Of a stretch of DNA of 64,000 nt, positions 1 through 10,318 are shown piece after piece (within the stretch, counting starts at the first letter, position 1; the number at the start of each line of letters is the position of its first letter). The notes under the pieces were generated by a model, which saw nothing but the letters and a program-made list of their open reading frames with translations, made no database searches and was not told the origin of the DNA. A program made the translations under genes and the position numbers. Source of the DNA: an uncultured Flavobacteriales bacterium (GTDB lineage Bacteria > Bacteroidota > Bacteroidia > Flavobacteriales_D > Crocinitomicaceae); assembly GCA_963925035.1 (NCBI GenBank), contig CAWUSK010000001.1:7245-71244 (forward strand), given 5' to 3'.

Positions 1-212
1 GTTTTTCTGATTTCTGCACACAAATCGACTCCATTTAAACCAGGTAACATAACGTCCAAAATGATTAAATCAAATTCAACACTATTTTGAAAGGCATTTT
101 TTGCAATCAGTCCGTGATCGAAATGAGTGACGTGATATCCTTCCAATTCGAGATTTAAACGAACCATTTCAGCGATGCTACTTTCGTCTTCAACAACACA
201 AATATTTATCAT
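1..212 (-). CDS. response regulator, receiver domain (N-terminal part only; gene runs off the left edge)
   Basis: Own reverse-strand translation from ATG at 210-212: MINICVVEDESSIAEMVRLNLELEGYHVTHFDHGLIAKNAFQNSVEFDLIILDVMLPGLNGVDLCAEIRK. It has the acidic N-terminal pocket and the LIILDVMLPG phospho-acceptor context of CheY/OmpR-type receivers. It is absent from the ORF track because it has no stop in the window. Confidence 0.8.
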   Translation of the reverse strand, partial: MINICVVEDESSIAEMVRLNLELEGYHVTHFDHGLIAKNAFQNSVEFDLIILDVMLPGLNGVDLCAEIRK

Positions 213-346
213 TCTAAATCAACATTTAACACTAAAATTAATCAATCCAAACGCTATTTTTTAGGAAATAACATTTTTTGGGGGCTTTTAGTTGAAGATT
301 CCTGCTTTTTATTGATATAATTTCCCGAAAAAAATAAAAATTGAAG

Positions 347-354
347 TACTTTTG
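347..354 (+). promoter_or_regulatory. candidate Bacteroidota -7 promoter box TACTTTTG upstream of purH
   Basis: Exact match to TAnnTTTG, 35 nt upstream of the purH ATG. No clear -33 TTTG element seen. Confidence 0.3.
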
Positions 355-389
355 CACTTTCCATTTTTAAAAGCAAGAATCACAACGCC

Positions 390-1919
390 ATGAACGAAAG
401 AAAAAAGATCCAATCAGCATTAATTTCAGTTTTTGATAAGTCAGGATTAGGTCCAATTATAGAGCAATTGCATAAAGACAATGTGGTACTATATTCGACG
501 GGGGGAACGCAAGCTTTTATTGAGGAAATGAATGTTCCTGTTAATCGTGTAGAAGATTTAACTTCTTACCCTTCAATTTTAGGAGGTCGAGTTAAAACAT
601 TGCACCCTAAAGTCTTCGGAGGCATTTTAAATAGACGAAATCACGATGGAGATCAAAGTCAAATCGCTGAATTTGAAATTCCAGAATTGGATTTGGTAAT
701 TGTTGATTTGTATCCTTTTGAAGATACGGTCTTTTCTGGCGCAAGTCATGCTGATATTATCGAAAAAATCGATATTGGTGGTATTTCATTGATTCGTGCT
801 GCTGCGAAAAACTACAATGATGTTGTAATTATTCCATCTGTCAATCAATACGCTACATTTTTAGACATTATTACAAATAACGCATCTTCTACAACAATTG
901 AAGAAAGACGTGATTATAGTCGAGATGCATTCAATGTTTCATCTAACTACGACACACACATTTTTAATTATTTCAACAACGGAGAAACAGAAGTTTTCAA
1001 ACAAAGTATTTTAAACTCCGAAGTGCTGAGATATGGTGAAAATCCTCATCAAAAAGGAATTTTTCATGGAAATATGGGTGAATTGTTCGATAAATTGCAT
1101 GGAAAAGAATTGTCCTACAACAACTTATTAGACGTTGATGCTGCTGTAAATTTAATGGCAGAATTCAAAAATGAAGATGCAACGTTTGCTATTCTAAAAC
1201 ACAACAATGCATGTGGATTGGCAACTCGATCAACAATTAAGCAAGCATATTTAGACGCATTAGCTGCAGATCCAGTAAGTGCTTTTGGAGGGATTTTAAT
1301 TGGAAACAGAACAATTGATGTTGACACAGCAAAAGAAATTAACGCGTTATTTTGCGAAGTCGTAATTGCGCCAAGTTATGATGCTGATGCCTTAGAAATT
1401 CTAAAAGAGAAGAAAAACAGAATCATTCTTATTCAAAAAGAAGTGGCATTACCAAAACGTCAATTCAGAACTTTATTGAACGGCGTTTTAGAGCAAGACA
1501 AAGATTTCTTAAGTGAAACTAAAGAAGATTTAGAAAGCAAAACAATTACTTCTCCAAATGATCAAGAAATTGAAGATTTATTGTTTGCAAATAAATTGGT
1601 GAAACACACAAAGTCGAATACAATTATTTTAGCCAAAAACAAGCAGTTATTGGCAAGTGGAACAGGACAAACTTCTCGAGTTGATGCGCTACTTCAAGCA
1701 ATCAATAAAGCACAATCATTTAAGTTTGATTTGAATGGTGCAGCGATGGCTTCAGATGCATTTTTTCCATTTCCAGATTGTGTTGAAATCGCAGGAAATG
1801 CAGGGATTAAAAATGTGATTCAACCTGGCGGATCAATTAAGGATCAACTTTCAATTGACTACTGCAATTCACATGGAATTGCCATGGTAACAACGGGGAA
1901 TAGACATTTTAAGCATTAA
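390..1919 (+). CDS. purH: bifunctional AICAR formyltransferase / IMP cyclohydrolase
   Basis: 509 aa. The N-terminal MGS-like domain (ALISVFDKSGL, GGRVKTLHP) and the C-terminal AICARFT domain (GENPHQ, end motif NRHFKH) are typical of PurH. Confidence 0.97.
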   Translation: MNERKKIQSALISVFDKSGLGPIIEQLHKDNVVLYSTGGTQAFIEEMNVPVNRVEDLTSYPSILGGRVKTLHPKVFGGILNRRNHDGDQSQIAEFEIPELDLVIVDLYPFEDTVFSGASHADIIEKIDIGGISLIRAAAKNYNDVVIIPSVNQYATFLDIITNNASSTTIEERRDYSRDAFNVSSNYDTHIFNYFNNGETEVFKQSILNSEVLRYGENPHQKGIFHGNMGELFDKLHGKELSYNNLLDVDAAVNLMAEFKNEDATFAILKHNNACGLATRSTIKQAYLDALAADPVSAFGGILIGNRTIDVDTAKEINALFCEVVIAPSYDADALEILKEKKNRIILIQKEVALPKRQFRTLLNGVLEQDKDFLSETKEDLESKTITSPNDQEIEDLLFANKLVKHTKSNTIILAKNKQLLASGTGQTSRVDALLQAINKAQSFKFDLNGAAMASDAFFPFPDCVEIAGNAGIKNVIQPGGSIKDQLSIDYCNSHGIAMVTTGNRHFKH

Positions 1920-2016
1920 ACCGAAACCTTTTTACAATTAATAGGTATAAAACAACTTAAGTAAGAAGGAAAAAACCTATTATTACTAGATTAACACTTA
2001 CACAGCGACAAATAAA

Positions 2017-3042
2017 ATGGGATTATTTAGTTTTTTAACGCAGGAAATTGCAATTGACTTAGGAACAGCCAATACGCTAATCATCATGAATGATAAAGTT
2101 GTGGTTGATGAGCCTTCAATTGTAGCACGAGACATTCAAACAGGTAAAATTGTGGCAATCGGTAAACGAGCGCAACAAATGCATGGTAAAACCCATAAGT
2201 TGATTGAAACTGTCAGACCGTTAAGAGATGGTGTAATTGCCGATTTCCAAGCTGCAGAACAAATGATTCGCGGGATGATCAAAATGATCGGAACAGGAAA
2301 AAGTATGTTCAACCCTTCCTTGAGAATGGTGATTTGTATTCCTTCTGGAATTACTGAAGTTGAAAAAAGAGCCGTTCGTGATTCTGCCGAACACGCTGGA
2401 GCAAAAGAAGTGTACTTAATTCACGAGCCAATGGCCGCTGCAATCGGTATTGGAATTGACGTTGAAGAACCAATGGGGAATATGATTATCGATATCGGAG
2501 GGGGCACTTCTGAAATTGCAGTTATTGCTCTTGGAGGAATTGTTTGTGATAAATCTATTCGTGTTGCGGGAGATGATTTCACGAAGGACATTGAAGAATA
2601 TATGCGTCGCCAACACAACATTCTAGTTGGAGAGCGTACCGCTGAAGAAATAAAAATCAACGTTGGAGCTGCACTTCCTGAATTGGATAATGCTCCAGAA
2701 AATTACGCTGTTCAAGGACGTGATTTAATGACTGGAATTCCAAAAGAAATCGTTATTTCTTATACCGAAGTTGCTCATGCTTTAGATAAAACAATTTCTA
2801 AAATTGAAGAAGCGATTTTAAGTGCGTTAGAGATGACACCACCAGAACTTTCGGCGGATATCTTCAAAACTGGTATTTACCTTGCGGGTGGTGGGTCGAT
2901 GTTAAGAGGTTTGGACAAACGGATTTCAATGAAAACAAAACTTCCTGTTCACATTGCAGAAGATCCGCTTAGGGCTGTTGCAAGAGGTACAAGTATCGCA
3001 TTGAAAAATATCAATAAATTCCAATTCTTGATCCGCGATTAA
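2017..3042 (+). CDS. mreB: rod shape-determining actin homolog MreB
   Basis: 341 aa with actin-fold phosphate motifs IAIDLGTANT and DIGGGTSEIAV. Followed by mreC and mreD. Confidence 0.97.
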   Translation: MGLFSFLTQEIAIDLGTANTLIIMNDKVVVDEPSIVARDIQTGKIVAIGKRAQQMHGKTHKLIETVRPLRDGVIADFQAAEQMIRGMIKMIGTGKSMFNPSLRMVICIPSGITEVEKRAVRDSAEHAGAKEVYLIHEPMAAAIGIGIDVEEPMGNMIIDIGGGTSEIAVIALGGIVCDKSIRVAGDDFTKDIEEYMRRQHNILVGERTAEEIKINVGAALPELDNAPENYAVQGRDLMTGIPKEIVISYTEVAHALDKTISKIEEAILSALEMTPPELSADIFKTGIYLAGGGSMLRGLDKRISMKTKLPVHIAEDPLRAVARGTSIALKNINKFQFLIRD

Positions 3043-3126
3043 TCATACTTTTTCGCGTGTTTTTTACTAAATAAAAATTGATGCTAAAATCAATTTACGA
3101 AGGTGTGTAAAGCGAATGCTTTTTCT

Positions 3127-3134
3127 TACTTTTG
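3127..3134 (+). promoter_or_regulatory. candidate -7 box TACTTTTG abutting the mreC start codon
   Basis: Exact TAnnTTTG match ending 3 nt before the ATG at 3138. This would give a leaderless or near-leaderless mreC transcript. Confidence 0.3.
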
Positions 3135-3137
3135 TAC

Positions 3138-3977
3138 ATGCGTAACTTCCTCGCCTTCGTCAGACGCTTTCGCGTTCTTTTGTTTTTTGCATTGCTGCAA
3201 GGATTTGCCCTTTCATTATATTTCACATTCATTCAATTTCCTAGGACGCAATACTTAACAACGGCATCAGCTGTAACTGGAGCCGTTTTAGAAATACGAA
3301 ATGATATTACCAAACACCTCTATCTAAGCACAAACAATACTGCATTACAACAGGAAAATATTGGGCTTCGAGATTCAATTCCTTCGAGCTTTATTCGACT
3401 GAATACCGGTTTGGTGAAAATTAACGATACACTTCAAAAGCAGCAATACGAGTATGTGCCGGGAATTGTAATCAATTCTACACACGACAAGCGAAACAAT
3501 TACTTCACACTTAACATTGGTTCTGGACAGGGAATAAAACGAGGAATGGGCGTTTTTTCCGCAAAAGGAGTTGTTGGTGTTATTCACAATGTAAGCACTC
3601 ATTTTTCTGTAGTAAAGTCGTGCTTGACAGAGAACATCAATATTGATATTATGATTGAAAAAACCGGTCAATTCGGTTTGTTAAAATGGAACGGTAAGGA
3701 TGCTAGTAGAGGGACAATGTGGGGAGTCTCCAATGATACCGATGTAAAAAAATGGTCAACCGTAATAACACGTGGTGGCGGTGGAATCTTTCCTCGTGGA
3801 ATTAGTGTTGGAAAAGTGGAACGAACGGATGTTGTTGAAGGTAAGCCTTTATGGGATGTTACCATACGGTATTCTGAAGACTATAGAAGTTTACAACGTG
3901 TTTACGTAGTGCGAAATTTATTGAAAATAGAACAAGAAAAGCTTGAAGAACTAATCCCAATTGAAAATCCACAATGA
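3138..3977 (+). CDS. mreC: rod shape-determining protein MreC
   Basis: Position between mreB and mreD; N-terminal membrane anchor, coiled-coil segment and beta-rich C-terminal part (GMGVFSAKGVVGVI, ITRGGGGIFPRGISVGKV). The ATG at 3138 is preferred over the TTG at 3132 in the ORF track. Confidence 0.85.
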   Translation: MRNFLAFVRRFRVLLFFALLQGFALSLYFTFIQFPRTQYLTTASAVTGAVLEIRNDITKHLYLSTNNTALQQENIGLRDSIPSSFIRLNTGLVKINDTLQKQQYEYVPGIVINSTHDKRNNYFTLNIGSGQGIKRGMGVFSAKGVVGVIHNVSTHFSVVKSCLTENINIDIMIEKTGQFGLLKWNGKDASRGTMWGVSNDTDVKKWSTVITRGGGGIFPRGISVGKVERTDVVEGKPLWDVTIRYSEDYRSLQRVYVVRNLLKIEQEKLEELIPIENPQ

Positions 3978-4489
3978 ATCAAGTCGTAAAAAATATACTT
4001 CGCTTCTTGGGCTTAATGGTGTTTCAAATTTTGGTTTTAAATCAAATCGAAATTGGTTTTGGAATTCAATTGATGGTATATCCATTGTTTATTCTACTAC
4101 TCCCTGTTGAGATGAGTATTATTCTCGCACTCCTTCTGGCATTTGCTTTAGGTTTGTCTATTGATGTCATATCAAATACCTATGGACTGCACGCTTCTGC
4201 ATTACTTGTTTTCGCTTACTTCCGACCATTGATTTTTAAGGTTTCTGCCCCTCGTGATGGTTATGATCCTATGATGGAAACGAACTTGCATACAATGGGC
4301 TACAAGTGGTTCATCAAAACGTTTGGAGTTCTTTTACTTATTCACCATTTTTGGTTCTTTCTACTAGAAATCTTTAAGTTGAATGAGTTGGCTTTTGTTT
4401 TCCAAAAAACGGGACTCAGCGTAATTTTATCCTTTTTACTCTGTTTATTGCTTCAGTATTTATTCATGAATAAACCTGTTAAGAAATGA
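3974..4489 (+). CDS. mreD: rod shape-determining protein MreD (polytopic membrane protein)
   Basis: 171 aa and highly hydrophobic. ATGA overlaps with both mreC (3974-3977) and mrdA (4486-4489). Conserved operon position. Confidence 0.75.
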   Translation: MNQVVKNILRFLGLMVFQILVLNQIEIGFGIQLMVYPLFILLLPVEMSIILALLLAFALGLSIDVISNTYGLHASALLVFAYFRPLIFKVSAPRDGYDPMMETNLHTMGYKWFIKTFGVLLLIHHFWFFLLEIFKLNELAFVFQKTGLSVILSFLLCLLLQYLFMNKPVKK

Positions 4490-6354
4490 AATTTGAAGGC
4501 CGTAAATATGTGTTCTTTGTCATTTTCATTTTAATCGGAATTATATACACATTTAAGCTTTTTTACATGCAGGTGGTGGATGACACCTGGAAGCTGCGTG
4601 CGCAACAAATTGCCGAACAAAGACGTGAAATCACTCCCCCACGAGCTGTGGTCTTTGATAGAAACGGCAATAAAATTGTCTCCAATAAAACGTATTACAA
4701 TCTAATGATGGTTGAATCAAACATCGTTGATCTAGATACCCTTGCATTTGCAAAACTCATCGGTTGGAGTGTTCAAGATGTTAAAAATCGTTTCAAAGAA
4801 ATTATCGTTGGAGAAGGCAAGTATAAAAATCCACATACCGGAAAAACGACATCCAATTACCAATCAATTCGAGCATATCCATTTCTTAAGGAATTAACGG
4901 CAGATGAAATTTCTGAAATTGCGCCTCATTTAGAGGATTTCCTTGGGTTTTACGAAGAGGTTTCTGATATGCGGAATTACCCATACTCGAATGCTGCAAA
5001 TATTTTAGGTTACCTATCGGAAGTAACACAGCCCGAAATTGATAACGATCATTTCTACACACCGGGAAGTCGAATTGGTCGTTCAGGAATCGAACGCTTT
5101 TACGAAAAGGAATTTAGAGGTTTAAAAGGTGTGAAGTACATTGTGAAATCTGCCATGAACAATGTTGTCGGTTCTTTCGAAGATGGAAAATACGATACTA
5201 CAGCGGTTCAGGCTCCTGCAATTCACCTTGGACTAGACGCTGAATTGCAGGCCTACGGAGAAAAATTACTGGAAAACAAAAAAGGTTGTATCGTGGCAGT
5301 TGATCCGTCTACGGGTGAAATTTTAGCACTCGTATCCTCGCCAAATTACGACCCGAATTTGCTAGTGGGAAACAGAAAAATTCGTGAGAATTACCCAGCA
5401 CTATTAAACAATCCTGACAAGCCTTTATTCCCACGTCCACTAGCTTCAGAATACATGCCTGGTTCGACATTCAAGTTGCTTCAATCGCTTATTGGAATGC
5501 AAGAAGGCGTGATTACGGAAGATTCAGGTTTTCCATGTAATAAAAGCGTCGTTGGATGTCACAATCATCCTTCAGCTCAAAGTGTGACTCAGGCAGTACA
5601 AATGTCTTGTAATCCTTATTTTTACGCTGTTACACGTAAAATTATCCAACAAGGGAAAAGTAAAAGTGATGTAAAAGATGCTGAAATTGGATTGAAAAAA
5701 TGGGCAGAATACATGCACAGTTTTGGTCTCGGAAAGCGTTTAGAAACAGACATTACTGGATTACGTCCTGGTGTAATTCCAGACCCTGAGTATTACGACA
5801 AATGGTACGGTCATCACCAGTGGAAATTTTCAACTATTCGTTCCATTTCAATTGGACAGGGAGAAGTTCAGTTGACACCATTGCAATTGGCTAACGTAGC
5901 TGTAATAATGGCAAATAGAGGTTGGTATTATACCCCTCATTTTGTAAAGTCAATTGGAAACACTGGTCCTCTGCCACAATTTAGAACAAAGAACTACACA
6001 ATGGTCGATCGAAAATATTTTGACCCTGTGATTGAAGGTATGCGCAGAGTTGTTCACGAAGGTGGTGGAACTGCTCGAAGAGCCCGTATTGACGGAATGA
6101 TTGTCTGCGGAAAAACAGGAACCGTCGAAAACTACATCGGAAGTGTGAAACAAAAAAATCACTCGGTATTTATTGCTTTTGCACCGATGAATAATCCAAA
6201 AATTGCCATTTCAGTATTTATTGAAAATGCTGGAGGCGGAGGTGGAACTTGGGCTGCACCAACAGCTAGTTTAATGATTGAAAAATACATCAACGGTGAA
6301 GTGAAAGATCTTGCAAAAGAAAAATACATTTTAGACGCTAATTTTATCAAATAG
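4486..6354 (+). CDS. mrdA: penicillin-binding protein 2 (elongasome class B transpeptidase)
   Basis: 622 aa with an N-terminal TM anchor. SxxK = PGSTFK, SxN = SCN, KTG = KTGT. Lies between mreD and rodA. Confidence 0.92.
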   Translation: MKFEGRKYVFFVIFILIGIIYTFKLFYMQVVDDTWKLRAQQIAEQRREITPPRAVVFDRNGNKIVSNKTYYNLMMVESNIVDLDTLAFAKLIGWSVQDVKNRFKEIIVGEGKYKNPHTGKTTSNYQSIRAYPFLKELTADEISEIAPHLEDFLGFYEEVSDMRNYPYSNAANILGYLSEVTQPEIDNDHFYTPGSRIGRSGIERFYEKEFRGLKGVKYIVKSAMNNVVGSFEDGKYDTTAVQAPAIHLGLDAELQAYGEKLLENKKGCIVAVDPSTGEILALVSSPNYDPNLLVGNRKIRENYPALLNNPDKPLFPRPLASEYMPGSTFKLLQSLIGMQEGVITEDSGFPCNKSVVGCHNHPSAQSVTQAVQMSCNPYFYAVTRKIIQQGKSKSDVKDAEIGLKKWAEYMHSFGLGKRLETDITGLRPGVIPDPEYYDKWYGHHQWKFSTIRSISIGQGEVQLTPLQLANVAVIMANRGWYYTPHFVKSIGNTGPLPQFRTKNYTMVDRKYFDPVIEGMRRVVHEGGGTARRARIDGMIVCGKTGTVENYIGSVKQKNHSVFIAFAPMNNPKIAISVFIENAGGGGGTWAAPTASLMIEKYINGEVKDLAKEKYILDANFIK

Positions 6355-6355
6355 A

Positions 6356-7759
6356 ATGAGACAAAATCAATCCCTTACTGCACATGTTGATTGGCCGCTC
6401 TTTGTGGTTTACATCTTATTGATGTTAATGGGATTGGCAACAATTTATTCTGCTGCATTCGATGCTGACCATCCTAGTGTTTTTGATTTCTCTCAAAAAT
6501 ATGGAAAACAAATCATGTGGATTGGAGTCTCTTTGTTTCTGGGCCTTTGTGTGTTTTTAATAGATTCAGATATCTACAGGAAATTTGCATTACCCATCTT
6601 TCTTTTCGTTATCTTTTTATTGGTTATTGTATTATTCATGCCCCCAATTAATGGTGCGCGTGCATGGTTAGGTGTTGGATCCATGGGTATTCAACCTGCT
6701 GAATTTGCCAAAATTGGAACTGCTATATTATTAGCCCGATTTCTGGGTACAATAAATCTAAATCAGCAAAACAAGTCAACGGTCTTGATTGCAAATGCAA
6801 TCATCCTCGTTCCAATGGTCTTGATACTATTACAACCGGATGCAGGAAGTTTCGTTGTTTTTACAGCATTTCTATTCGTTTTGTACCGTGAGGGAGTTTC
6901 CTATGATCCTTTAATTCTTTGGGGGTTAAATTTAATTCCAATAAAAGGCCTTCACTTTAAAGAAACGTGGATAGGAACTCACTTTATTCCGATTTTATTT
7001 GTTACTATATTTTTAAGTGTTGCAACGCTTTTGATCAGTAACAATTCTTTTGAGCTCAGTTTATTTCCGAACACAGAATTTCCTGGCTACGTGAAAATGC
7101 TCCTGTTTATTTTTGTTTTTTGCTTACTTGGATACTTCGTTATGCGTTTCGCATTTTCCAAGAGAGATAGAAAAAGAGCCGCACTAATTGCGCTGTTGGG
7201 ATTTATTTTGGCTTCAGGTTTAACCTATGCCGTAAATCAGTCATTTCAAAAACTGGCAGGTCACCAAAAAGAACGAATTGAATTGGTGCTAGGCTTAAGG
7301 CAAGATCCTGATGGAGACGATTACAATAGAAACAGAGCGATGGCAGCCGTTGGTTCAGGTGGCATGTTAGGTAAAGGGTATCAAAATGCATCTGTTTCAA
7401 GCGTTGAGAGTAATCACGTTCCAGAAAGTGAAACCGATTTTATCTTTTGTCCATTTGCTGAGGAATGGGGGTTCGTAGGAAGTCTCATTTTAGTTCTTTT
7501 ATATTTATTTATGATTTTGCGCATCATTATCATTGCAGAGAGACAAAAGGCCGCATTTAACCGAATTTATGCCTATTCCGTAGCGATGATTTTATTCTAT
7601 CATTTTGGGATTAATATCGGCATGAACATTGAATTTATGCCCGTTATTGGAATACCTTTGCCCTTTTTTAGTTACGGTGGCTCTTCGATGATGTCGTTTT
7701 CCATGATGTTATTTATCTTGTTAAAATTAGACAGTCAAAGGAAGGATGTTCTTAATTGA
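6356..7759 (+). CDS. rodA: SEDS glycosyltransferase RodA (FtsW/RodA/SpoVE family)
   Basis: 467-aa polytopic protein with QPDAGS, GSGGMLGKGY and ESETDFIF blocks typical of SEDS proteins. Starts 1 nt after mrdA. Confidence 0.9.
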   Translation: MRQNQSLTAHVDWPLFVVYILLMLMGLATIYSAAFDADHPSVFDFSQKYGKQIMWIGVSLFLGLCVFLIDSDIYRKFALPIFLFVIFLLVIVLFMPPINGARAWLGVGSMGIQPAEFAKIGTAILLARFLGTINLNQQNKSTVLIANAIILVPMVLILLQPDAGSFVVFTAFLFVLYREGVSYDPLILWGLNLIPIKGLHFKETWIGTHFIPILFVTIFLSVATLLISNNSFELSLFPNTEFPGYVKMLLFIFVFCLLGYFVMRFAFSKRDRKRAALIALLGFILASGLTYAVNQSFQKLAGHQKERIELVLGLRQDPDGDDYNRNRAMAAVGSGGMLGKGYQNASVSSVESNHVPESETDFIFCPFAEEWGFVGSLILVLLYLFMILRIIIIAERQKAAFNRIYAYSVAMILFYHFGINIGMNIEFMPVIGIPLPFFSYGGSSMMSFSMMLFILLKLDSQRKDVLN

Positions 7760-7811
7760 TCCAACTCTGACTTTAGTATTTGACTGAATTATTCTTTATT
7801 TTTACACAACA

Positions 7812-10307
7812 TTGGCAATTATGGGAAAAAACGTGAAAGAAAAGTTGCAATTTGAGAAACGCACATTGCGCATTCTTACTGTATTATTGTGGTTGGGAGC
7901 GTTCTCACCTGTTCTCGCCGTAACCGTTTTGTTGATGAAACAATCGGATGACGATATGCCTTCGATTGAAATGCTAGAAAACCCACCTGAATTGCTGGCT
8001 TCAGTTGTACTAGCTGACGATGGCAAAACAGAACTTGGTCGATTTTGGAGTGTAAATAGGACAAGCATTAAATACAATGAAATTTCTCCTTATATATTTG
8101 ATGCGCTAATTGCAACGGAAGATGAGCGTTTTGAAAGTCACTCTGGAATTGATTTAAAAGCAGTTTTACGTGCAATTACAAGTGCTGGAGGATCTGGAGG
8201 AGCGTCGACAATTTCCCAACAATTGGCGAAACTGTTGTTTACACTTCAAGAAAGAACGCACCAAGCTGAATTAAAAGCACAAGGTAAAACATTGGATCAA
8301 CCGACTGGAAAAATCGGTCGATTAATGAAGCGTTTGGATGAAAAAGCAAAAGAAAATATCATTGCTGTTCGTCTAGAAAAACGCTATACAAAAGAAGAAA
8401 TCATCACGATGTATTTGAATCAATTCGATTTCTTGTACAACGCCGTTGGTATTGAAAATGCTGCAAAAGTTTATTTCAATAAAAAACCAATCGATTTAAC
8501 GAAAAACGAAGCAGCAATGCTGGTTGGAATGTGCAACAATCCTTCATTGTATAACCCTTATACATACAAAAACAAAGATTATAGAAGTACTGTCTCTTCA
8601 AGAAGTAATATTCCCCTGGCTCAAGTTACAGATACGCAAATGCAAGAGTTAAGAACAGCGGACAGTCTACGTTGTATAAAACGACGAGATTTAGTGCTTT
8701 TTCAATGGAGAAAAAACAGCAGAAACGATAACGCTTCTTTGAAAAACAAATTATCCGACGAAGAATACGAAACAATTAAAAAATTAACGGTAGAAGTAGA
8801 TTACCAAGTTGTTGATCACAAGGAAGGTCCAGCTCCTCACTTTCGAGAATCACTTCGTTCCGAACTAACGGAATTGTTTGAAGAAAAAAATGAAAAAGGT
8901 GATTTAAAATATAAAAAAGCCAATGGTGAGGCATACAATGTTTACCGTGATGGCTTGAAGATATACACGACGATTAACGTTAAAATGCAAGAATATGCAG
9001 AAAAAGCAGTTGAAAAGCATTTAAAAGAAGATCTACAGCCAGAATTTGAGAAAAACAATAAAGGCTTGAAAAATTTCCCGTTTACAAATCGAATATCTGA
9101 TGAAGTCGCCGAGCAATTGATGAATTCTGGACGTAAAAATTCTGATCGTTACCGACTATTGAAAAGTCAAGGGCTTTCTGAGAAAGAAGTCAAAGAGAAT
9201 TTCAACTTACCGGTGCAAATGTCTATTTTCTCTTGGGGTGGAGATATTGATACCGTCATGACTCCTAACGATTCTATTCGCTATTATAAAAGTAAATTAC
9301 TCGCTGGATTAATATCGATTGAGCCTGCGACAGGATTTGTTAAAGCATGGGTTGGTGGAACGAATTTTAAACACTTCGCATACGACCACGTTAAACAAGG
9401 GAGGAGACAAGTAGGTTCTACAATTAAACCATTTGTATATTGCACTGCAATGGCAATGGGCGTAGTAAAACCATGCACCAAGTTTGAATCAGGAACATCT
9501 TTCTGCGTGGATGTATTTGGCTCCTCTGGAAACTTAATCAATCGCTGGTGTCCTCGTGGTGATATCCCTGCAAATGCATCAGTAGCAATGGGATTAGCGG
9601 CATCGAGTAACCCTGTAACAGTGGCCGTAATGTCTAAAATGGGTGGACATTCAGGTCCGAAAAATATTTCAAAATTATTGAAAGACTTGGAAATTAATTT
9701 ACGTCCTGAAGATGAAGTTCCTTCGATGTGTTTGGGTGTAATGGATTTATCTTTATTCCAAATGGTGGGTGCGCAAGCGATGTTTGTGAATCAGGGAATA
9801 TACGTGCGGCCAACAACCATTTTACGTATTGAAGATCGAAACGGAAACGTGATTTATAGTGCCAATCCACATTCAAAAGAAGTTTTAAACTCTGGTGTTG
9901 CATACACTACTTTAAATATGATGAAAGGAGCTGTTCAATTTGGTACAGCGACAAGTTTGAGAGGAGGACGAAAATGGGGTGGAATTACACATCCAACAGC
10001 CGCAAAAACAGGTACAACTCAAAGCAATGCTGACGGTTGGTTCATGGGGCTAACTCCAGAATTAGTTACTGGCGTTTGGGTAGGGGCTGAAGACAGAGCA
10101 GTACGATTTAAATCTATGAATTGGGGACAAGGAGCGCGAATGGCACTTCCAATTTATGGGTATTACATGCAGGCTGTTTATAAGGACACCAAATTAAGAA
10201 TTTCCACCGAGGACTTTGAAGTACCGATAGGATATGACCCATCACTGTTTGAATGTGAAGGAGGTCAAAATATTCCAGCAGGGCTCGATATTAATTTAGG
10301 AATTTGA
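7812..10307 (+). CDS. mrcA: class A penicillin-binding protein (GT51 transglycosylase + transpeptidase, PBP1A type)
   Basis: 831 aa. GT51 motif ATEDERFESHSGID; transpeptidase motifs STIKP and KTGTT; N-terminal TM anchor. Confidence 0.9.
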   Translation: MAIMGKNVKEKLQFEKRTLRILTVLLWLGAFSPVLAVTVLLMKQSDDDMPSIEMLENPPELLASVVLADDGKTELGRFWSVNRTSIKYNEISPYIFDALIATEDERFESHSGIDLKAVLRAITSAGGSGGASTISQQLAKLLFTLQERTHQAELKAQGKTLDQPTGKIGRLMKRLDEKAKENIIAVRLEKRYTKEEIITMYLNQFDFLYNAVGIENAAKVYFNKKPIDLTKNEAAMLVGMCNNPSLYNPYTYKNKDYRSTVSSRSNIPLAQVTDTQMQELRTADSLRCIKRRDLVLFQWRKNSRNDNASLKNKLSDEEYETIKKLTVEVDYQVVDHKEGPAPHFRESLRSELTELFEEKNEKGDLKYKKANGEAYNVYRDGLKIYTTINVKMQEYAEKAVEKHLKEDLQPEFEKNNKGLKNFPFTNRISDEVAEQLMNSGRKNSDRYRLLKSQGLSEKEVKENFNLPVQMSIFSWGGDIDTVMTPNDSIRYYKSKLLAGLISIEPATGFVKAWVGGTNFKHFAYDHVKQGRRQVGSTIKPFVYCTAMAMGVVKPCTKFESGTSFCVDVFGSSGNLINRWCPRGDIPANASVAMGLAASSNPVTVAVMSKMGGHSGPKNISKLLKDLEINLRPEDEVPSMCLGVMDLSLFQMVGAQAMFVNQGIYVRPTTILRIEDRNGNVIYSANPHSKEVLNSGVAYTTLNMMKGAVQFGTATSLRGGRKWGGITHPTAAKTGTTQSNADGWFMGLTPELVTGVWVGAEDRAVRFKSMNWGQGARMALPIYGYYMQAVYKDTKLRISTEDFEVPIGYDPSLFECEGGQNIPAGLDINLGI

Positions 10308-10318
10308 TGTTTTGAAAA

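Noticed and set aside
3074-3092. Short inverted repeat attgat..atcaat after mreB, considered as a terminator
   Set aside because: It has only a 6-bp AT-rich stem and no T-run, which is too weak to call.
3132-3137. Upstream TTG/GTG or distant ATG starts used by the ORF track (3132, 14669, 17253, 19890, 21260, 29049, 46305, 47003, 56481, 60656)
   Set aside because: In each case an internal ATG gives a typical N-terminus (signal peptide or conserved family start), removes an overlap, or lies just downstream of a TAnnTTTG box that falls inside the longer ORF.
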